Source: Emiliania huxleyi CCMP1516
Taxonomy: Eukaryota
Assembly: GCF_000372725.1 (NCBI RefSeq)
Contig: NW_005201144.1
Coordinates: 248,001 to 278,906 of the forward strand
Reading direction: 5' to 3'
DNA: 30,906 nt
Every line of letters begins with the position of its first letter. The stretch's first letter is position 1. Below the pieces are notes generated by a model. The model made no database searches. It worked only from the letters and a program-made list of their open reading frames with translations, and was not told the DNA's origin. Shown piece after piece: positions 10,620-21,251 of this stretch. The position numbers and the translations under genes were made by a program.

Positions 10620-12045
10620 TCACTGGCCCGGCGCCCAAGCCTCGATCTTCTTGGGCAGCAGCTGGTTCGACAGGTCCTCTCCGTGGCCTAGGCAACCGGT
10701 CTCGCCCTGGCCCCAGGCAAAGACGGCGCCGTCGGCGGTGATGACGATGCTGTGCACATCTCCCGCCGAGACAGCGATGACGCGCTGGCCAGCAAAGGCC
10801 TCGACCTTCTTGGGCAAGCTGGTCCTGCTCGTCGCCGTGGCCCAGCTTGCCAGAGGCTCCCCAGCCCCAGCTCCAGAGGGCGCCGTCGGCGGTGATGGCG
10901 AGGCTGTGCGACCATCCAGCCGCGACAGCGACGATGCGCTGGCCCGCCAACGCCTCGACCTTCTTGGGCAGCAGCTGCTCCTGCTGGTCGCCGTGGCCCA
11001 GCCTGCCATTGCCTCCTGCGCCCCAGCTCCAGACGGCACCGTCGGCGGTGATGGCGAGGCTGTGCGACCATCCAGCCGCGACAGCGAGGACGCGCTTGCC
11101 AGCCATGGCCTCGACCTTTTTTGGCAGCAGCTGGCGCTGCTCGTCGCCATGGTCGCCGTGGCCCAGCTTGCCACCGGCTCCACCGCCCCAGCTCCAGACG
11201 CTGCCGTCGGCGGCGATGGCGAGGCTGTGGTGGTCTGCAGCCGACACAGCGACGACGCGCTGGTGGGCCAAGGCCTCGACCTTCTTGGGCAACAGCTGGT
11301 ACTGCTGGTCGCCGTGGCCCAACCGGCCAGTGTTTCCAAAGCCCCAGCTCCAGACGGCACCGTCGGCGGTGAGGGCGAGGCTGTGGTACTGCCCAGCTGA
11401 CACGGCGACGACGCGCTGGCCAGCCAAGGCCTCGACCTTCTTTGGCTGAAGCTGCTGCTCCTCGTCGCCGTGGCCCAACCTGCCTAAGCCTCCATAGCCC
11501 CAGCTCCAGACGGCACCGTCGGCGGCGAGGGCGAGGTTATGGTTGTCTCCCACCGTCACACTCACGGCGCGCTCGCCGCCCAGCGTCGACGTAAGGCGGG
11601 TCGGCGTGTTGAGCCGCGTCACTTCCTCGCCGTGCCCAAGGAGGCCTGCGAGGTGCTCCGCAGCGCCGCACGACGAGAGCCGCCCTTCGCCGACGATAAA
11701 AAGGCTGTGCTCAGCGCCTGCGGCCGCCCTCGCCGGCGGGTTGGCCTCACACGTCAGCGCCGAATAGCACAGCCATCGCACGGCGCAGCCCTCGCCCTCT
11801 GGCTGCGCCGGCAGCTCGAAGCCGCGCTCTTGCGCCCACAAGCGGATGCCCTCTACCGCAAGCGAGGCGTGAAAGAGCAGCGAGACGGCCGCGACGCGAG
11901 CGATGTCGGCGGGGTCGCAGCGAGAGAGGGCGCGCACGAGGAGCTCCGAGGGGAGGTCGAGGAGGCGGGCGGGCGGCGGCGTGTCTGGCGAGGGGGCGGT
12001 GGCGGGGGCGGCGGCGAGGCGGCGCGAGCGGCGGCGCGGCGCCGT
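10620..12045 (-). pseudogene. F-box + RCC1-repeat protein, frameshifted
   Basis: F-box-like LLDLPSELLVRAL, then repeated AG..HSLA.TADGAVWSWG.G..GRLGHG RCC1 units. A 2-bp deletion near 10815 (cagcttgccc versus cagctgctgccc in other repeats) moves the last repeat into ORF 10620-11360. The apparent start reads ACG-GCG-CCG at 12045. Confidence 0.85.
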
Positions 12046-12145
12046 CTGGTAGACTTTCTTTTTCCCGAAAGCGCGTGTAGAGAGGCGAGGCGCTGCAGTT
12101 TTTTCTTTTCCTAGTGTCGGCCACATACCTAGGTACATCACGCGA

Positions 12146-12987
12146 ATGCTGAAGCTTTTGATCGAAGTCCCCTCCTTCTCCGACGAGGGCGGGCACACGC
12201 GCTACAAGGTGGCCACCGCCGCCGCCACCGAGGGAGCTGCGCCGACCGTCGCCTTTCGCCGCTTCTCCGAGTTTGAGAAGCTGCACGCTGCGCTCGGCAT
12301 CGCGGTGCCTCTCCCGCCAAGCCGCCACCTCACCGCGTCGCCCAACCGCACCGCAACGCCTCGCCACGCAACACCGCCGCGCCGCAAGCGCGACAGACCA
12401 CCGCCTCACCACCTTTGCACGACATCGCCGTCCTCCGCGCAGGTGCCCTTCCCGGTGGCAAAGACGTACGGCATCAAGGGCGCGAGCGACGCGACCAAGC
12501 GGGAGCGGCGGCACAAGCTGCAGGAGTACCTGCGCCAGACCGCCGCAGCCTTCCCTGCCGACAACCCGCCGCAGGCCCTCCTCACCTTTCTGGGCTTCAA
12601 GCAGCCGACTGGAGCCGCACGCCGCGCGTCAACCGGCGGCGCGGCGGCCGCAGCGGCGAGTGAGGAGGAGTGTCCCAGAAGCTGAATGCGTAGTCTTGTA
12701 TTGCAAGTAGCGCTCAAGAGGACACGTGGTCGGCCGTATTCGACCGGACTCCAGCGGAGCTCCCTCTACTCGTACCCCTCGTGTCCACGCGGTGCTCGGA
12801 AGACCTTGCACGCTCTCGCACTCCCGCGCTGACCCCGGCGTGTTCATGACGCAGCAGGAGTGCAACGAGCGGCGCGACTCGGACGGGTACATCCTCAGCG
12901 GCGCCGGCCTCGCTCAGTTCGCCGCTGCGGTGCCGACGGAGCCGCACGAGGCCCTCCGGACGGATTCATTTCCACACACACACACAC

Positions 12988-13028
<41 letters not shown>

Positions 13029-13033
13029 CACAT

Positions 13034-13115
<82 letters not shown>

Positions 13116-13173
13116 GCACACACACACACACACGCACACGCACGCACACACACGCACACACACACACACACAT

Positions 13174-13211
<38 letters not shown>

Positions 13212-14406
13212 CACCCACGCGCACCGGGCCTTGCACTTTCCATGCCTCGGGGCTTCTGGACGTGGGGTCGCGAGGGTCGCCTGGCCCTTGCCCCACCACT
13301 TTGTGTGGAGAAGTGTACCTTACTTACCTTAGGCCCTCCGCGAGGGCATCAAGCAGGGAGATGCCTTTCTGTGCCAGGCCATGAGAGAGCCACACGAGCC
13401 GTAGTAGTAGCAGAGCTAGCAGTGAGAACACGAGCGCCGCGCGTCCCTGTGCCAGGAGCTGCTCGCAAACACGGCGGAGACCCCCCGAGATGTACCCGAG
13501 ATTACCGGAGATTGCCCGGGATTAGGAGCTGCTCGCGAACAAGGCGACCCNNNNNNNNNNNNNNNNNNNNNNNNNNNNNNNNNNNNNNNNNNNNNNNNNN
13601 NNNNNNNNNNNNNNNNNNNNNNNNNNNNNNNNNNNNNNNNNNNNNNNNNNCCCCCCCCCCCCCCCCACCCCCCCACACAGGTCCGCCCTCCCTCCTCCTC
13701 CTCCTTTCCCTTTCTCTCCTCCCCCCCCCCCCCCCCCCTCTCCTCCCCCCCTCCTCCTCTCCCCGCCCCCCCGCCTCCCCCGCCACACGCCCGCCTCGCG
13801 CCCGCAGGCAACCTGCCGCTGCATCTCGCCTGCATCTTCAACCGGTGCGGCATCGCCTCGCCACCACCGCCACCACCATGATTAATACTAGTGGTAACTG
13901 CTTCTTCTTCTTCTATGATTACCTCTTACTCCCCGCATCACCACCCTCTCCTCAGCCACCCTCATGCCCACAGCACGCCCCCCCTCTCCGCCGCCCCTCC
14001 CGTCCCCACCTCCGCCGCCGTCGCTCCCGCCTTCGCTTCCGCCACCGTCGCCACCGCCCCATCTCCGCCACTCACACCGCTTCACCCACGCGCGCCGGGC
14101 CTTGCACGTTGAAGTGGGACTCCCGTCGTCTAGACGTTGAGTCGCGAGGGCTGCCCGGCCCTCGCCCCCACCTCTAGTTGACCTCGCCCTGCCGCCTCTA
14201 CAAGGTGCGACATCGCCCTCGCGCTGATCGACGCGGGTGCGGACCCGGCGCGCGCCAACGGCTCCGGCGAGCTGCTGCCTTCCAAGCTCGCGCCGGCTGT
14301 GAGCGGCGTCTCTTCACACCTCAGGTTGTGAACAGGCGAGCTGCCTTCCAAGCTCGCGCCCGTCTCGCTGCGCATGAAGGTCCCCGCGCTCGTACCGCCG
14401 GCGTGA
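12146..14406 (+). CDS. PX-domain + ankyrin-repeat protein; exons 12146-12304, 12443-~12655/12667, ~12858-12950, 13333-13377, 13526-gap, 13808-13844, 14205-14266, 14336-14406
   Basis: PX motifs (VAFRRFSEFEKLH, PFP.K, ERRHKLQEYL, LLTFL). The downstream exons splice in frame to ...ALREGIKQGDAFLCQ|ELLANKAT...GNLPLHLACIFNR|CDIALALIDAGADPARANGSG|ELPSKLAP...*, which fits the ankyrin consensus. The PX-ankyrin join is less certain: the PX part could stop at 12685. Confidence 0.72.
12959..13330 (+). mobile_element. 5'-truncated retroelement: (CA)n + core + (CTTAC)n tail, forming a whole intron
   Basis: TSD AGGCCCTCCG at 12949-12958 and 13331-13340. Core 13211-13330 is homologous to 26759-26895. Confidence 0.82.
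14082..14180 (+). mobile_element. Older copy of the same retroelement core near the 3' end of intron 13845-14204
   Basis: tcacccacgcgcgccgggccttgcac...tagacgttgagtcgcgagggctgcccggccctcgcccc matches the cores at 13211 and 26759. Confidence 0.78.
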
Positions 14407-14952
14407 ACGCCCTCGCACGCAGCGCGACGGACGGCGCGTGTCCGTGTGTTGTGGCGGGGTGTGCGGAGTGCCAGTGTCGCGAGTGCGCCCCTACGAGCTG
14501 GGGGATCGCGGATAGGCCGGGCGCCCGGGGCCCGGCGCGGGGCCAGGGGGCGCGGGTTCTCGGCGTGTTGGATCTCTCGCGGGCCTCTCTCGAGCTTCCA
14601 GTTAGTGTGCGTCACATCACCCGCAAGTAAACTCTATAACAAACAGACTATCACGCGGACAGATCTCCCTCTGCGTCTGGCAACGTGTGACACCAACGAC
14701 CAAGATAGTCACAGGCGCACGATGACCCACGTCCCACGCGCCACGGATCGGACGGTCCGAGCTCCCCGACTCAACATGCACACCCGAGCTCTCACAAAAC
14801 ACTTGAGCCGCACTCCGGGCCACGTCAGTGCCAGCCCCGCTCACGGACAGACATGGCGAGGTCCCCACCAGCTGACTGCGGCTCGGCCCAGTGCCGCACA
14901 CACACCCCAAAAGGCAGCGCGCAGGCATGGGGCGGCCGGCGAGGCTCTGTCC

Positions 14953-15429
14953 TCATCGCAGCGCCGAAGACAGGATCTGGATGAAGATCTGGAAGCCGAT
15001 GAGACCGAGGACGATGGTGGCGATCTTCCGCTGTTGCTCCGTGAGCCGGTCGCCGAGGCTGCTGACCGCATCCACAGCCTCCTCGCCTGCCCGCTTTGCG
15101 CCGGCCGCCGTCGACGTCACTGTGGACTTGGCATCGCTCACGGCAATCTTGGCCTTGAACGCGGTTGCACCGCCCTCACTCTCGACGCGTTTGTTGAACT
15201 CAGCCATGAGTCCACCGTCATCAGCGCCGGCGTCGAGGCCGCTCTGCCTCACCACTTCCTCACGACCCAACGCTTCATATCGTGCGCGCCGCTCAGCCTC
15301 GCTCTCGTCGTCACTGCTATCCATCACGACCGGCGCGACACGGTGGCATCGGACCGGCAGAAGGACGGCTCGGGCCGGCAAGACGGATCCGGCCGGCAGA
15401 GCAAAAGGAATCAAGAGCGCCCCTGCCAT
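14953..15429 (-). CDS. 158-aa protein with a likely signal/plastid transit presequence and a C-terminal TM helix
   Basis: MAGALLIPFALP...ARAVLLPVRCHRVAPVVM is a bipartite-like leader, followed by a charged helical core and IATIVLGLIGFQIFIQIL. Confidence 0.65.
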   Translation of the reverse strand: MAGALLIPFALPAGSVLPARAVLLPVRCHRVAPVVMDSSDDESEAERRARYEALGREEVVRQSGLDAGADDGGLMAEFNKRVESEGGATAFKAKIAVSDAKSTVTSTAAGAKRAGEEAVDAVSSLGDRLTEQQRKIATIVLGLIGFQIFIQILSSALR

Positions 15430-15569
15430 TGGGGCGGCGGCGGCCAGAAGAATTTTATTCTGCAGTGCTGGCTGCCCATTTGTGCAGCTAGGTGTCCCAC
15501 TAGCCACCGCGGATGTCTGCCGTGCAAAGCCAGGGGGCTGCGAGGCCTGTTCTCGCGGATTAGGTAAGT

Positions 15570-15943
15570 AGTTAGCGTCGGCTGATGGGTGCTTGTCGCG
15601 CGTGCGCGTATGTGCCTGGGTCGGGGGGGGGGGGGGCGTAGGCCCGCATAGTATGTGGGAGACTCGTGCCGCCGCCCCTGCCACCCCTGTGTCAGTGTGC
15701 CTGTGGTAGGAGAGACTGCCAGCGACAAGCTGGAGGCAGGTCGCTAGACTGAGATGAGACCGCCAGTGGATGTGGGAGTCCACCGCGCACCGCGCTGCGA
15801 GCCTGTCGTGTCCCTTGTCAGGAGCAGGAGAGCCCCACCTGTCCCCCTGATCGTTCTTCCAAAATCCTGCTCGTGCAGGTGGGGACCCTGTCCTCGCCCC
15901 ATCCCTCGTTTGGCGTGTCTGTTTTCTTTCTTTCTTTCTTTCT
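15570..15943 (+). mobile_element. 3' end of a non-LTR retrotransposon with a (TTTC)n tail; 5' boundary uncertain
   Basis: aaaatcctgc..gcaggtggggaccctgtcct..cccatc..gtgtctgtttt(ctt t)n parallels the 3' end of the 9357-10292 element and 17230-17263. Confidence 0.6.
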
Positions 15944-17297
15944 GACCGACGGACGTACGGACACATGTGTAAGAGCGCGCACGAGTGGGTGTGCGAGCAA
16001 TATCGAAAGACAGTGAGGCCAGGATCGCACACGGCAGGGGTGGCGGGACGGTTGTGGAGCGAAGTGGCAGTAGCCAGCCTCAAGCATCGATGGGATAATA
16101 AGATGAGATTACCGGACGAGAACGGGGGGAAGGACAAGCGGGCGACATTTGACGACGTCGGGGATCACAATGTGACGACCAAAACGATCTTGGGGGCCAG
16201 GGTGAGACAACAGGTCGGGGTGCCACACGGGGCACACCACAGGCGTATTCTAGAGGGGGAAAAGAAACGGGGAATGAGGGGCCCCGCCACGAGAAGTGCG
16301 TTCTGGGGATGCAGAGCGTGCAAGGCGGCTAGGGATGAGGCCACAAAAGAGGCGCGCGAGGCAAGGAGGAGACGCGGGGAACTGGGAGACTGGGACGACT
16401 GGAAACAAGAAGACAGTGAGCCACCACAGGCGTCGTTGGCGCACATACTGAGCGGCAGCTGCGCTGGAAATAAGGAAGAGGCGCGTCACTTCATGCGGAA
16501 GCTCGACAAACACACAGCGAGGGCGACAGCAAGAGTTGAACGGGAGGCGCCGGACTCAAAAGACACCGCCACATTCCTGAGACGAGCGAGGGCAGCCTCC
16601 TTAAAGGCGAAAGGGTCTAGATTTGGAGCGCTCGCCGAAGAGGAGTACGACAAAATAGCGCCCGTGATTGCCTGCACGCTACCCGCACTCACGGACTCCA
16701 TACCCGAAAGAAAGAGAAGGGAGCTCGCGGGAGAGGTGACGAGTGAACTACAGGCAGTGGGGAAGGCAGCCTCGATTGCCATACAGACATGGGTGCGAAA
16801 CAACGACAAGACCAAGGCACGGGCAGAGGAACGAGAGAAGAATATAGGGTGGATAAAGCGCCTGTTCACGGCATGGAGGGTGAGCCACACCGAACGTACC
16901 GAGCGAAGAGCCGAGCGGAAGGAGGACGGGGAAGATGACTCCGAGGAGGACGAACCAGTGGAAATCCAGTTGTCAGATGTCACGATGCATCCGAAGGGGA
17001 CCCCAGCGCCGGCATCATCCGTAGCGTAGAGGCACGAGTGTTCGAGAGAGAGTGTGGACCTGAGCAACAACATGACCTGTCTAGGCAAATGATCGGAGTG
17101 GGAGTCAGAAATGTGGTCCTTGCGCGAGGGGAGCTCGATAGACTCGAGGGGCCAGGATACGCCGCGAGGAGGACGGAGTTGCGCCGAAAGGCGAAAGAAG
17201 CCGCGAGAACAAGGGACCGGCAGGCGACCAAAAATCCTTGCAGCTGGGGATCCTGCGCTCCTCAGCACTGCGGGCAGGGACTAAAAAGAAAACATTT
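15944..17297 (+). mobile_element. 5'-truncated non-LTR retrotransposon, C-terminal ORF part (15944-17029) plus 3' region
   Basis: CRAC...SLAHILSGSC resembles the post-RT CCHC finger. The segment LPALTDSIPERKRRELAGEVTSELQAV...IGWIKRLFTAW aligns with LPALVDDLSEKSRRDLGAGVTRNLQVV...IEWLRKLFAGW of ORF 9503-10312. It shares the 3' motif. Confidence 0.75.
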
Positions 17298-17301
17298 AAT
17301 T

Positions 17302-18210
17302 TCACCCGAACCCGTGGTCATGAGTGAAGTGCGAGTACCGCGGGTTCTGCAAGTTGTGCCACCGCAGCCGATCGCCCGGCTGCACGTGCAGCCCGCGCAG
17401 CGTGCGTGTCGGGTAGGCCGCCTCGTTGCCATGCGGGCCGCGCACCCACAGCTGAGGCTTGCGCGGCTGCCCCTTTTGGCGCTTCTTGCCGCGCACGCCC
17501 GCGCAGATCTCGAGCACCACGAAGCCCGGCTGGCCCGACTTGTCGGTGCGCGTGTCCTCCCGCCGCGATCGCTCCTCCTTGCCGCGCCGCTTCTCCGAGA
17601 CGGCGCGGAGGCTGACGGTGCCTGCGGCGATGCCTCGCAGCACCGCCACCGCCTCCGCCTCCGCCGCGCCGCGTGCCTCGCCGCGGTCGCGGTGCTCGCT
17701 GCGCGCGAGGCAGCGCTCCTCGGCGAGCTTCTCCTTGCTCTTGCGCTTACACCGCACCTGGCACAGCACGCGGCACTGCCACGTCGAGACGCCGCCACGC
17801 CTCTGGCGCGTCTCCTGCACGCGCACGCCGGCGACCGCCACGCCGCCCTTGGGGCATGGCGCGCTCGAAAGCGAGCCCGCCAGCGCATCCAGCCCCGCGC
17901 TCGAGGCACGATCCGCCGCGCTGACGTTGTCCCAGCCCTCCCCCTCTTCCTCCCCTCCCCACTCGTCCTCCGCCTCCTCCCAATGCTCGTCCTGGCTGTC
18001 GCGCCCGTCCCACGTCGCGCTGTCGTCGTCCCAGCCGTCGCGGTTTCGCTTGAGACCGACACTTGGCCCGTCTTGCGGTGGCGGTGGCTGCGGTGGTGGT
18101 GGCGGCGGCAGCGGCGGCGGCGGCAGCGGCAGCGGCTGTGGCAGCGGCTTGGCAGAAGCGTCGCATGCGGCTGCCCTTCCCCGCGAGATCTCGCGCTCGA
18201 GCGCCAGCAT
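17302..18210 (-). CDS. Hypothetical protein (Pro-rich, acidic, then basic)
   Basis: 302-aa ORF with plausible composition and no recognised domain. The frame stays open upstream to ~18270. Confidence 0.4.
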   Translation of the reverse strand: MLALEREISRGRAAACDASAKPLPQPLPLPPPPLPPPPPPQPPPPQDGPSVGLKRNRDGWDDDSATWDGRDSQDEHWEEAEDEWGGEEEGEGWDNVSAADRASSAGLDALAGSLSSAPCPKGGVAVAGVRVQETRQRRGGVSTWQCRVLCQVRCKRKSKEKLAEERCLARSEHRDRGEARGAAEAEAVAVLRGIAAGTVSLRAVSEKRRGKEERSRREDTRTDKSGQPGFVVLEICAGVRGKKRQKGQPRKPQLWVRGPHGNEAAYPTRTLRGLHVQPGDRLRWHNLQNPRYSHFTHDHGFG

Positions 18211-19083
18211 GCGCTCGCGCAGGGTGCGGCGGCGGTGGGCGCCCCACGTGGCGGTGTAGCATTGTCCCTAGCCTGACTAGCCCGAGGCCACGCGGCCGGA
18301 CACAAGCCTTCGATGGCGGCCTCGCGCGACATTGAGGCGCTCCGCAACCAGAAGAGAGTACCGGGAGGGCATGCACACGGCGCTGGTACACTGATGCATC
18401 GTAGCTCACGCTACTTGAAATCCTGTGAAGTTGGATTTTGCCGAGCCCCGTCACGCCCCGACGAATCGCGTAGCTAGCGTGTCTATCTCGAGGCGAAGCG
18501 TGTGTGGGTTATCTCTGGCAACCCCGTATCGACACTGGACAACCGGTCGCTTAGCCAGCAGATGACGTCCACCCATGACAATTTGGGCCTGATGGACAGC
18601 ATGGGCGGCCGCGGCCCGCCCCTGCCAGAGGAAGAACACTCTGAGCAAGGATAGGAAGCCCAATGCTGTCATGGTCGTCAGCGCGGGCGGAGTGTCTGCC
18701 TCGGCGCACGACCCGCGGGGCACGTGCGCGCCTCGAGAAGCTCCGCCGCCCCGCCCGGCGCTGCCCACCCGCCTTCGGTGGCACCCGCCGATGCGCAGGA
18801 GGGCCCGGCGCACAACCCCTGGTCAACTCAGGGTCCACAGCACACCCCGTACACACACGCACACGCACAATGGCATCGTGCGCTGGGTCCCACGCCTCGG
18901 AGCTCTACAGCCTACTAAGTTGGGGAGAATTTTACAACAAGAGAAGCGCTCGAATGACGCTCCTTCATTTCGCCGCCCTCGTCCGCCGAGACCTGTGCGT
19001 TCCTCCGACCATCGGGACCGGCCGATGGCACACGCATGGGCCTCGAGCAGCGTCGGCAGATCACTCGCGCTGACCTGTTGAGA

Positions 19084-20342
19084 TCACACGTACATGACCT
19101 CTTTCGAGAGGGCCATCGCGAGCTGGACCATCGCCAGGAAGATGCCGCCGCCCATGACGACGCCAATCACCGCCTTGACGGACAGGAATGCGAACGTGCC
19201 GGCCGTCTTGGGCAGCGCGGAATCCTCGAGCAGAGGCTTGGCGAACACCGCCGTGCCGCCGTGCAGCGCGACGAGCACGAGGGCGCCGTACATCATGCCG
19301 TCTAGCACCTTGTTGCACTCGGTGGTGCCCATGATGGCCTCGGTGACGTTGTGGGTGTCGAAGGTGTAGATGCAGATGTAGATGATCGCGCCAAGCCCGA
19401 AGAAGCGCCGGCCCAGAAACGCGAGGGAGAGCCCGTTGAACGGGGCCTGCTTGCGCGCTTCGGCGAGGTCGGCCTTGAACGCGGCGTCGTCGAACGAGCG
19501 GCCGTGCACGAAGAGGTAGAGAAAGAACTGATCGATCTTGAGGATGGAGGCGAAGGTGAGGAACGCAACGGTGTCGAACTTCCCGCAAGGAACGCGGCCG
19601 TCGTCATGGCGAGAACGGGCGGGAGCACGCAGTTGCGGATGCACGTCACAAATATATACGCGAGCTTGCCGTACGAGGCGCGCCAGCCGAGCGCGGCCTC
19701 GTTCTTCTTCACCCGGTAGTTGAACATGAGCTCCTCGTTGGCCGTCTGATCCATTTGTTTAAGGATTGACTGGGGAAAGATGAAGAGATACACGAGCCCG
19801 ACGATAAAGGCCGCGATGGTGACGCGCCGGTCGTTGAGCGCATCGCACGAGTCGGGGTCGTCGTTGGCGCACTGTATCGCAGCCGAGGCGGCCAGGGCTG
19901 CGCTCAGCGGATCGCCGTTCATGTGCTCCCCTTCTCGCGAGTATTTGCAGTCGAGGCAAAGGCCGCCGACGGTGTGCGACGCCCGGTCAGCCACCTCGCA
20001 GAACATGCCGATCTGGCAGTCGCCGTGGCCCTTGTATGACGTGCAGACCGGCATGGTGATCTCGGTGGTCAAACAGCACATGATGAAGACCTCGAGCAGG
20101 CCCATGACCACCGAGACCCACGGCGCATACATGGCCATCATTGGCGACACACCCGGCTCGGTGGCGAACCACATCGACCACGAATGCAGGCCCCTGAACC
20201 AGGGCGCCGGCCACGGGCCGACCGGCCACTCGGCGCGCAAGGCCGAGTCGGGCGTCTTGGTGATCTTCTCAAAATAGTCGAGCGGCTTGACCTCTACGGC
20301 AACGCCCGTGTGCGATTTGGTCTCGGCCATGGCCCCGGGCAT
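19084..20342 (-). pseudogene. Multi-pass membrane protein with a Cys-rich loop, frameshifted near 19580
   Basis: ORF 19302-20342 is protein-like up to ...TAAFLAG, and ORF 19084-19644 is protein-like from KFDTVAFL.... Several TM segments and a C..DC..G.FC...CLDC...C...C loop are present. Confidence 0.7.
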
Positions 20343-21251
20343 GGCCCTGGGGCGCTGGGCGAAGGGTGTCGGCGCGAGTACACAGTGTTTTCAAGCAACC
20401 GCCTTCTGCACGTGATTTTTTTACGGCGTGTGAACAGGTTTCTCGAGGTTCTCGAGGTGGATATCCTTTTTATTCACATTAACGCAGACCTCGGGCCCGA
20501 AATCGCCAGAGGTTTATTCACAAGATGTCTCCCCGTAGGACCGAGTGACTTCGAGAAGTCACTCTTCAAAGCTTGTGTCATTTTTTTCTCTCTCTTGTGA
20601 ACAACTTGGTATTGCTAAAAATCTCTCTCTCTCTCTCTTGTGTCATCGCGTAGCGGTGCGGAGGCAGCGCCGTATATACATTAGGCTGCACACATGTTTC
20701 CTCGCTCACCCCGTCTCGTTTCCTTTCCGTGTTTCTCTACAGCACCCTCTCGTTTCCTCTCTAGTTTCCCGAGGTGCGAGGAAACTCCGTGGAAATCAGC
20801 TGGTTTGGGCCCAAAATCACTGACAGCCGAATCGGCAAACGACCCTGTTCAGCGGGTTCGAGCGTCACACGTTGGCCGCCGAGGCGGGGGGAGAGTGCCC
20901 GGCGCGGCTTGCAGCGCTCTCCCTCTGGGTGGTGGTGACCGTGGTGGCCGGCACCCTCTCCAACTCTCGGAATTTTAGACCATAAACCTAACCCTTCCCC
21001 TAGACTCTTTTGGTGGGTGTAACCCTAACGCATGCTGAGACCTAGATAGAGAATGAAGGACCATAAACCTATGCAGCATGACTGCAAGGCAGATGCTAAC
21101 TAAAAGCTCGCGGCGCAGCTACGATGCAAAGGCCGGCCCTGACCCTATGCCTTGGTCACTCAGATTTACTAGGATTCACTTGATTTCAGCGTTATCGTTG
21201 AGGAACTGAGGGCCAAAATAAGATGAGCCGGGGTCTCCGGGGTCTCCATGC

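Noticed and set aside
17038..18276. Long Arg/Ala-rich ORFs antisense to or overlapping called genes (also 536-1246, 14446-15567, 21893-22639)
   Set aside because: Expected shadow ORFs in high-GC DNA, with no domain signal.
20984..21030. CCCTAA-like telomeric sequence
   Set aside because: Only two or three scattered degenerate units.
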